From NCBI GenBank assembly GCA_049659625.1, contig JBASPX010000045.1, forward strand, positions 96,317 to 160,316: a DNA stretch of 64,000 nucleotides. Reading direction: 5' to 3'. The notes below the pieces were generated by a model. The model made no database searches, had not been told where the DNA came from, and saw only the letters and a list, made by a program, of their open reading frames with translations. Below, piece after piece: positions 57,290-64,000 of the stretch. The translations under genes were made by a program, and so were the position numbers. Positions within the stretch are counted from its first letter, which is position 1, and each line of letters opens with the position of its first letter. This DNA comes from Candidatus Saccharicenans sp. GTDB taxonomy: Bacteria; Acidobacteriota; Aminicenantia; Aminicenantales; Saccharicenantaceae.

Positions 57290-59860
57290 TCATTGAGGGA
57301 TAAGTTCAGAAGACTTCCGTCCGTCAGAAAACACCAGATATTCTCTGGTGAGAGCGTAAACCGCATTCTGCCAGCCCAGGAGATTGTCCACCACTTCCTG
57401 CACCCTGACCGGTTTTTCAGGATGAAAATCTATGAACAGCCACAGTTTATTCCCGTCATGGTTGATTTCCGCCCTGACCTTTTCCTGGTACAGATGGCTC
57501 AGCCGTTCCAGCGATTCAGGTGCCAGTCTTTTTTGCAGCTCTTCCGGAGAAGGAGCCTCAGGGTCGCTCAGGTCGAGTGAATAAACCATTTCAATTATGT
57601 CCTGAATTAAAGGCCGGCAACTGCTGGAACAACTCATCAGCCCACGGAATCTGAGCCCTTCCGGAAGGCAGGTATTAATTTCCCTCAGAAAATCATCCGG
57701 TTCGATAATTTCCAGAGCCCGGAACTCCATAGCCTCGGCTTTCGCCTGCATCCCGAGAGGTAGCGCGGGTCCATGAGTGATCAGCATTTTAGGGTGAAAC
57801 CCCCGGGAAAAAGCCATTTTCACCCCGGCCCGGCGCAGGCCCCTCTCAAGCTGATTCAGAAGGTCATTGTGAGAGATAAATCTGGCCGGACCTGTCTTTT
57901 CGTATATCGCCCGGTATCGGACCGGAACATCAACTTCCCGGGCTTTGTGGCCGGAATTAAGAAAAATAGCGGAAATATTTTTGATGTCTGACAGTGCAGC
58001 CTTGACTTCAGGCCTGTCGCAGGCAAGACAGCGAGCGCAATCCCGCTCCGGACATCCTTCGGTATACCTTGCCTCCAGAGCAGCTCTGAGCTCTTCCTTC
58101 AAGTAATTTTTTTTAAGACCGACGTTGACCACATCCCACGGGAGTTCGGCTTCGGGGCTGATCGAGCGGAGATAAATTTTATAATCTATCCCGGAAAGCT
58201 CAAAGGCTTTAAGCCACAGGTTAAAATCAAACTGATCGAGCCAGCCGTCAAAACGCGCTCCCAGACGGTAAGCTTCGAGAAGCGCTGCTCCCAGCCTCCG
58301 ATCGCCGCGGGAAAAAACCGCTTCCAGGATCGAAGCTTTGATCCGGTGTTCTTTGAGCTCCACCTTCTTCCAGCGGTCGATGTTGCTCTTGATGTATTCC
58401 TGTTTTTTCTGAAGCCTGTCTTCATCTTCCATCGGCAACCACTGGAAGGGAGTATGGGGTTTCGGAATGAAAGGAGATACGCTGAGGTTTATCCCCGGGG
58501 TGGCTTTAATTATTTTTCTTCCAAGTTCGATAAGCTGCTGGATTAAATTAATTATGGCTTTAAGGTCTTCGGCCGTCTCGGTTGGCAGGCCGATCATGAA
58601 ATATAATTTTAAAAGCCTCCAGCCATTCTCAAAGGCATACCGCGCTGCCCTTAAAAGTTCTTCGTCAGTTATTTTTTTGTTAATGACTCTTCTGAGCCTT
58701 TCGGTTCCCGCTTCGGGTACCAGGGTGAATCCCGTTTTCCTCACCCTGACTATTTCCTCCACCACCTTTCTCGAAAGTCCGCCAGGACGCAGCGAGGGCA
58801 GAGAAATAGATATTTTTTCTTCTTCCAGCACCGGCATCAGAGTTTCTATCGTCTGCTCAAGAAACGGGTAATCGCCGACTGAAAGGGCATTCAGCGAAAC
58901 ATCGTCGTAGCCTGTATCCTTCAATCCCTGCCAGATAACATCTACTGCCTGAGCCGCAGGACGGAGACGGTACGGGAAATACAGAACGGTTGCCTGACAG
59001 AAACGACAGTTCTGCGGGCAACCCCTGGCCACTTCCACCTGGAGGCGGTCAAAGACGCTCTGGATGTTCGGCACGACGAACTTATCCGGCACCTGAGCTT
59101 TTTCCAGCGGAAAGACCACTCTTTTTTCAATCCTTTCCGGAAAACCGGGCTGTGGTTTTGGAACAAGAAGATAGCTTCCCGGAACAGCAGCCGGCCGGTA
59201 AAAAGCCGGGAGGTAAATCCCTTTAATGTCAGAAAAACTTCTGATCAATTCTTCGCGGCTGCCAGCGCTGTCTCTGGCTTCCAGGTATCTATCTACAATC
59301 TCCAGAATCAATTCTTCGCCATCGCCAAAGGCAAAGATATCGATGAAATCAGCCAGAGGTTCTGGATTCAGCGCGGCCGGACCGCCGGCAATTATCAGCG
59401 GGTCGTGCCGTTGCCTTTCACGGCTGAGCAGCGGAATCCCTCCCAGCTCTAAGATGTTAAGCAAATTGGTGTGATTCAGCTCGTATAGAAGCGAAAAACC
59501 GACCAGGTCAAATTGATCGAGCGGAATTTTATTTTCCAGAGTAAACAGCAGAATTTTTGAGCGGCGTAACTCAGCTTCAAGGTCAGGCCAGGGCGCGTAG
59601 ACCCTTTCTGCCAGAACGTCAGGTCTGCGGTTGAGAATACTGTAAAGAATCCTCTGGCCGAGATAGGAAAGTCCTATTTCATAAACTTCAGGAAAAGCCA
59701 GGGCTATCCTGACCTTTGCCTCATTCGGGTTTTTTTTGATCTGGTTCCATTCACCCCCGATGTAGCGACCGGGCTTCTGCACCCGCCTCAGTAAAATTTC
59801 CAGAGTCTTTTCATCCACCGGTTGTATTTTTCTCAACGGTCTCATGGAAATCTCCGCCAT
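57290..59860 (-). CDS. Fused B12-binding-domain radical SAM protein (TIGR03960-like) and DUF2344 (TIGR03936-like), the rodA-associated radical SAM pair.
   Basis: N-terminal VQKPGRYIGGEWN, radical SAM cluster CPQNCRFCQ, and a C-terminal ARFISHNDLLNQLERGLRRAGVKMAFSRGFHPK segment typical of DUF2344. It lies directly downstream of rodA on the same strand. Confidence 0.7.
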   Translation of the reverse strand: MAEISMRPLRKIQPVDEKTLEILLRRVQKPGRYIGGEWNQIKKNPNEAKVRIALAFPEVYEIGLSYLGQRILYSILNRRPDVLAERVYAPWPDLEAELRRSKILLFTLENKIPLDQFDLVGFSLLYELNHTNLLNILELGGIPLLSRERQRHDPLIIAGGPAALNPEPLADFIDIFAFGDGEELILEIVDRYLEARDSAGSREELIRSFSDIKGIYLPAFYRPAAVPGSYLLVPKPQPGFPERIEKRVVFPLEKAQVPDKFVVPNIQSVFDRLQVEVARGCPQNCRFCQATVLYFPYRLRPAAQAVDVIWQGLKDTGYDDVSLNALSVGDYPFLEQTIETLMPVLEEEKISISLPSLRPGGLSRKVVEEIVRVRKTGFTLVPEAGTERLRRVINKKITDEELLRAARYAFENGWRLLKLYFMIGLPTETAEDLKAIINLIQQLIELGRKIIKATPGINLSVSPFIPKPHTPFQWLPMEDEDRLQKKQEYIKSNIDRWKKVELKEHRIKASILEAVFSRGDRRLGAALLEAYRLGARFDGWLDQFDFNLWLKAFELSGIDYKIYLRSISPEAELPWDVVNVGLKKNYLKEELRAALEARYTEGCPERDCARCLACDRPEVKAALSDIKNISAIFLNSGHKAREVDVPVRYRAIYEKTGPARFISHNDLLNQLERGLRRAGVKMAFSRGFHPKMLITHGPALPLGMQAKAEAMEFRALEIIEPDDFLREINTCLPEGLRFRGLMSCSSSCRPLIQDIIEMVYSLDLSDPEAPSPEELQKRLAPESLERLSHLYQEKVRAEINHDGNKLWLFIDFHPEKPVRVQEVVDNLLGWQNAVYALTREYLVFSDGRKSSELIPQ

Positions 59861-60952
59861 TCAGATAAAGGCAAAACGCCGCATCCTGACGTTCAGAACC
59901 AGACTCAGAGCCAGAAAGTTCGCCAGCAGGCTCGAGCCGCCGTAACTCAAAAACGGCACGGGAATTCCGGTTATCGGGAAAAGTCCCACTAACATCATCA
60001 CATTTATCAAGAACTGACAGCCAATCATCATCCCGACAAGAAAGGCCAGATAAACTCCGGCCCGGTCGGGGGAAATCCAGGCAGTTGAGAATATCCGGTA
60101 CATCAGCAAGGCGTAAAGGATGAAAACGGCCACCACTCCCAGAAATCCGATTTCCTCAGCTATAACTGCCATAATAAAATCCGTATGCCGGGCAGGAAGA
60201 AAACGCAACTGGCTCTGGGTACCTTTGTGATATCCCTTACCGGTAAGTCCGCCTGAACCGATGGCAATCTTTGACTGTCGCAGCTGATACCCGGCTCCCC
60301 GCGGGTCCTGGTCGGGTGTCATCAGGGTTTCTATTCTTTTTTTCTGATACTCTTTAAGGGCAAAATTCCAGCCAGCAAAACCAGAAAGGAGCAGGCCGAT
60401 CAGCAGAATGGCCACATATTTCTTTCTTATTCCGGCCAGAATATAAACTCCAAGTAATACTGGCATAAAAGTCAGAGCAGTTCCCAGGTCCGGTTGCAAA
60501 GCGGTGAGGATAGCCGGCACACCGACCACCAGTGAACTCAGAGCAAAAGTTTTGAAACTCATTTTATCCTCACGATAGCCGGAAAAAATCCTGGCCAGGA
60601 CCAGAATGACCACCACTTTCATCAGTTCAGAGGGCTGCCCCTGAAAAGGACCGATGACGATCCAGCTTCTGGTGTTGGCCACTTTCTTTCCGAACAAAAG
60701 CAAGCCCAGCAGTATGATGTTAAGAAACACGTAAAGGGGAAAGGAAATCGTCAGCAGGAATTTATAATCGATGAGTATGGCCACCATGGTGATAATAAGG
60801 CTTATTATCAACCAGATGATCTGTCGCCAGATATAATGGGAAGCCTGAAAATATATCGCGCTGTATAGAAAAACTATGCCGATAACCGAGATAATCACTG
60901 CCAGCAGGATGGTCAGTGAGTCAATTTCCCTGAATATTCGCCTGTCTAACAT
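59861..60952 (-). CDS. rodA: SEDS-family peptidoglycan glycosyltransferase RodA.
   Basis: FtsW/RodA/SpoVE topology and motifs, within the mreCD-mrdA context. Confidence 0.8.
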   Translation of the reverse strand: MLDRRIFREIDSLTILLAVIISVIGIVFLYSAIYFQASHYIWRQIIWLIISLIITMVAILIDYKFLLTISFPLYVFLNIILLGLLLFGKKVANTRSWIVIGPFQGQPSELMKVVVILVLARIFSGYREDKMSFKTFALSSLVVGVPAILTALQPDLGTALTFMPVLLGVYILAGIRKKYVAILLIGLLLSGFAGWNFALKEYQKKRIETLMTPDQDPRGAGYQLRQSKIAIGSGGLTGKGYHKGTQSQLRFLPARHTDFIMAVIAEEIGFLGVVAVFILYALLMYRIFSTAWISPDRAGVYLAFLVGMMIGCQFLINVMMLVGLFPITGIPVPFLSYGGSSLLANFLALSLVLNVRMRRFAFI

Positions 60953-62726
60953 ACTTTTCCCTGTAAGCCCTGAACAATTCCCCGGCTATCGGCGCTGCTG
61001 TCTGGCCGCCCATACCGCCGAATTCAACCAGGACGGCCACCACAATCTCCGGGTTATGCCTGGGAGCAAAACCGATAAACCAGGAATGAGTTTTGCCCGG
61101 CTCCATTCCTTTTCTGGCCAGCCTTTCGGCTGTCTCCCGACTGATGATCTGTGTGGACCCAGTTTTGCCGCAGACTTCAAAGCCGGGCTGATAGGCCCCT
61201 TTTCCCGTCCCCCCATCATTCACCGACCGCCACATACCCTCGATCACTTTTTCAAAAACGCTTTCAGGAATGTCCACCTTCTCCTCGAACCACACCTCCA
61301 TTTCGCCTTTTACCAGATGAGGCCTTATCCTGACTCCCTTCCTGGCAATAACCGCCGCCAGGCAGGCCATCTGCAGAGGGGTGACCAGCATCGGGCCCTG
61401 TCCGATGGCCACCGATATAGTCTCGCCTGGAAACCAGGGCTGGCCGAGAATCCTTCTTTTCCAGTCAGAACTCGGCACCAGACCCTCTTTTTCCCCCGGA
61501 AGGTCGACATCGGTCTTCTGACCCAGTCCCATTTTCCTGGCATAGGCGGCGATGGTATCGATCGACAGTCTGCGTCCCAGCTGATAAAAATATACATTGC
61601 AGGAATTCTTGATGGCTTCAGGCAGATTCTGGCTTCCATGCCCCGGTTTGAACCAGCAGCTGAATTCCTTGTTGAAAAGTTCGATTGAACCGCTGCAGAA
61701 AAAGGTGGTATTTTCGGTGACTATTTCTTCTGACAGCGCAGCTATGGCCATAACAGGCTTGAAAGTGGAACCCGGTGAATAAAGCCCACGGAGAACTCTA
61801 TTTTCCAGCGGCTTCCCCGGATCGTTGATCAGGTTGAGCCATTCATCCGCAGAAAAACGCGAAATAAAACGATTCGGGTCGTAGGAAGGAGAACTGGCCC
61901 AGACCAGGCACTCGCCGTTGCGAGGATCAAGAGCAACTATCGCTCCTTCCCTGCCTTCAAGAAGTTGCTCCGCCTTTTTCTGAAGGTCAAAGTCAATCGT
62001 CAATTCCAGGTTTTTGCCGGGCCTGGGGTCGATACGGCTGACTTCCTGCCTGGGACGACCCAGGCTGTCCACTATTTCCTGGATTTTCCCGTCAATTCCA
62101 GAAAGGTAATCGTTGTACTGCTTTTCCACTCCAGCCTTTCCCACCATTTCACCTGCTCGCCACCTTTTTTCCGGCTGGGTTTTGAGGTCATCGACCGAAA
62201 CTTCCTGAAGATAGCCGAGAACATGCGCAGCCGTCGACCCAAACGAATAATATCTTCTGGGTTCAACTTCCAGTTTTATCTCCGGAAATTCATCTTTTCT
62301 GGCTTCGATTATCGACACCTCTTCCAGCCGGAGATTGTCCATGATGACCACCGGCTCATAAGCGGGAAAGACTCTGTATCGCTCGATGCGTTTTTTCAGT
62401 TCTTCTTTCTTCAGATTCAGCAAAGGCTCAAGTCTGTCAATCGTTTTTTCATAATCTTTAACCGCTTCCCTCAACAGGAAGACCTTAAAACTCGGAATGT
62501 TGTCAGCGAGAATAACTTTCTGCCTGTCCAGGATAAGGCCCCTGGGAGCGGTTATTGGTATTTCTCTCAGGCGATTGGCTTCCGCCATCTTCCAGTATTT
62601 TTGATGGTCCAGGACCTGAATTTTCCAGTAAGCTACTGTTACCAGCAAAAGGAGTGCGGCCAGAAAATAAACGGTGACCCTGGCTCTTTTTATTACTGTA
62701 GAAAGATCTTCGTAAATTCTGGCCAT
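60921..62726 (-). CDS. mrdA: Penicillin-binding protein 2 (elongasome D,D-transpeptidase).
   Basis: N-terminal transmembrane segment plus SxxK (STFKPV), SxN (SCN) and KTG (KTGST) motifs. Confidence 0.85.
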   Translation of the reverse strand: MARIYEDLSTVIKRARVTVYFLAALLLLVTVAYWKIQVLDHQKYWKMAEANRLREIPITAPRGLILDRQKVILADNIPSFKVFLLREAVKDYEKTIDRLEPLLNLKKEELKKRIERYRVFPAYEPVVIMDNLRLEEVSIIEARKDEFPEIKLEVEPRRYYSFGSTAAHVLGYLQEVSVDDLKTQPEKRWRAGEMVGKAGVEKQYNDYLSGIDGKIQEIVDSLGRPRQEVSRIDPRPGKNLELTIDFDLQKKAEQLLEGREGAIVALDPRNGECLVWASSPSYDPNRFISRFSADEWLNLINDPGKPLENRVLRGLYSPGSTFKPVMAIAALSEEIVTENTTFFCSGSIELFNKEFSCWFKPGHGSQNLPEAIKNSCNVYFYQLGRRLSIDTIAAYARKMGLGQKTDVDLPGEKEGLVPSSDWKRRILGQPWFPGETISVAIGQGPMLVTPLQMACLAAVIARKGVRIRPHLVKGEMEVWFEEKVDIPESVFEKVIEGMWRSVNDGGTGKGAYQPGFEVCGKTGSTQIISRETAERLARKGMEPGKTHSWFIGFAPRHNPEIVVAVLVEFGGMGGQTAAPIAGELFRAYREKYVRQANIQGN

Positions 62727-62734
62727 CGACTATC

Positions 62735-63214
62735 TCAGACGCCCAGGTTCAACTTTTTGAAAAGTTTTATAAAAATTGAAGATAGAAGAGCAGTAAATCC
62801 GGCCTGCAAATAAACAGCCGGCCCTGTATACAGAAGTGCTTTTCCGAAAATAAGAGCGTAAAAAAAAGCCCAGATTATAAGCTGTATGAGGCTTACAGCA
62901 AGGGTCATAACAAAACACCGGTAAAAAGTTCCGACATCAATCCGGCGGCTGATCCAGCCGGCCAGAAACCCGGAGATGGTCAGGCTGAGTCCTCCAATGC
63001 CGAAAACGCTGTGGGATAGAGCATCCTGGATCAATCCGGCTGCTGTACCGACAACTGCCCCCTCCACCTCTCCATAGATGATGGCGATAAACACAACGGC
63101 GACAGCAAAAGCGTTGACCATGAGCACGAGTGAAGGATGCAGGGAACTCAGAAGCGCATGGAGTCCGGCAGCTGCTGTCAGTGCCAGAAATATCACAAAG
63201 CCCTTGCGAACCAT
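62735..63214 (-). CDS. mreD: Rod shape-determining protein MreD.
   Basis: A 159-aa polytopic membrane protein between mreC and mrdA. Confidence 0.65.
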   Translation of the reverse strand: MVRKGFVIFLALTAAAGLHALLSSLHPSLVLMVNAFAVAVVFIAIIYGEVEGAVVGTAAGLIQDALSHSVFGIGGLSLTISGFLAGWISRRIDVGTFYRCFVMTLAVSLIQLIIWAFFYALIFGKALLYTGPAVYLQAGFTALLSSIFIKLFKKLNLGV

Positions 63215-63217
63215 TGG

Positions 63218-63970
63218 CTACCTCAAGATTGAAGGCGCCTCTTTAATCACCGCCACCAGTTCCAGATCCTTCAGGCTGAAGTATGGTTTAACAGTTATTT
63301 TCTTAAAAACCCCTTCTCCGGAGGCCACTCTGATTATTCTTCCGACCCTGAGCCCTGGAGGAAAAACTTTATCAAACCCGGAGGTCTGAACTTCATCCCC
63401 TTCCTTTCCTCCCGGCGAACTCAACATTATATATTTTATCAGGCAATTTCCCTGTCCATCCCCCGAGAGAACGCCCGGCCAGCGTTCTTCAGAAAACACC
63501 ACGCCAACTCCACTTTCCTCTGAGGTCACCAGCAGAACCCGGGCTTCGTGCAGAGCCACCGGTTCAGCCGTCCGGCCGACGAGATTCCCGAATCGATCGC
63601 AGACCGGAAGATTTTTGACTATGCCGTCAGCGCTTCCCTTATTTATAATTACCGACCGGTAATAATTTGCCGTGTCAAAGGAGATTACCCTTGCCGGGAT
63701 AATATCCAGGCCAAGCATCCTCAGATTATTCTCGAGCTCGGACTGGCTTATATAGAGCCTCAATTTTTCCTGGAGAAGCCGGTTCTCCTGAGTGAGAAAA
63801 AAAACCTGCTTTTCAAGCTCAATGTTCTTTCTCGCCGCCTGCCGGAGATACTTAAGATTATTCCAGCTGGAAGAGACCAGGTTGATCAGACTGTTGACTC
63901 CCCTTATTATCGGTGTCGTCACCTGGAAAAAAATCTTCTCCAGAAAAGTCGTTTTGCTTCCTAGCGGCAC
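63218..63970 (-). CDS. mreC: Rod shape-determining protein MreC. The start may lie beyond the first in-window ATG.
   Basis: N-terminal coiled coil plus a C-terminal beta-domain pattern (GSADGIVKNLPV..GRIIRV). It sits 3 nt upstream of mreD. Confidence 0.75.
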   Translation of the reverse strand: MPLGSKTTFLEKIFFQVTTPIIRGVNSLINLVSSSWNNLKYLRQAARKNIELEKQVFFLTQENRLLQEKLRLYISQSELENNLRMLGLDIIPARVISFDTANYYRSVIINKGSADGIVKNLPVCDRFGNLVGRTAEPVALHEARVLLVTSEESGVGVVFSEERWPGVLSGDGQGNCLIKYIMLSSPGGKEGDEVQTSGFDKVFPPGLRVGRIIRVASGEGVFKKITVKPYFSLKDLELVAVIKEAPSILR

Positions 63971-64000
63971 CTGAAATGAGATTAAAAACAGATTGAACAG

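Noticed and set aside
1-64000. CRISPR arrays, tRNA/rRNA genes and mobile elements.
   Set aside because: There is no repeat-spacer periodicity, no GTTCGA-type T-arm candidates in intergenic DNA, no transposase, integrase or recombinase ORFs, and no long ORF-free stretches.

Overview
This is a gene-dense 64 kb window of about 52% GC with roughly 55 protein-coding genes. I found no rRNA, tRNA, CRISPR array, transposase or integrase. It is most likely from an uncultured diderm (Gram-negative) bacterium: it encodes Omp85-type barrels, Tat and Sec signal peptides, and periplasmic rhodanese and substrate-binding proteins. The content is dominated by secreted or periplasmic peptidases and glycan-degrading enzymes. 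The peptidases are three C69 dipeptidases (two in a recent tandem duplication), two M24 copies (one decayed) and an AstE/AspA-like M14 enzyme. The glycan-related genes are GH127, GH20, GH105 and a BNR-repeat giant, plus a Gfo/Idh/MocA oxidoreductase next to a TIM-barrel-DUF1080 fusion. The window ends in the cell-shape cluster mreC-mreD-mrdA-rodA, followed by a fused TIGR03960/DUF2344 radical SAM gene. Gene order starts with the 3' end of an hflC-like gene, a PLP enzyme and an unknown Tat-exported protein. It continues with a stand-alone Omp85 barrel, polyferredoxin, rhodanese and GH127. Next come a split GNAT pair, an OoxAB-like flavoprotein pair convergent with a BtuFCD/FecBCD-type ABC importer, GH20 and the BNR giant. 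These are followed by an AlkD-like gene, ArsC/LMW-PTP, a frameshifted GH105, DUF4342, DUF2207 and PilZ, a nucleoside-type MFS transporter, the Gfo/Idh/MocA and DUF1080 pair, a 1029-aa peptidase/TolB-propeller/Omp85-barrel fusion, an SplB-like radical SAM gene, and a peptide/amino-acid utilisation block. The candidates I rate highest for novelty are the peptidase/PD40/Omp85 fusion at 32564-35653, the extracytoplasmic C69/AstE-AspA module with an unknown secreted protein at 38187-43552, and the PilZ-DUF2207-DUF4342 string. Two homopolymer-associated frameshifts and one decayed M24 gene point either to metagenome-assembly errors or to ongoing gene decay. All calls rest on motif-level reading of the supplied ORF translations and the raw sequence. 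No database searches were run.
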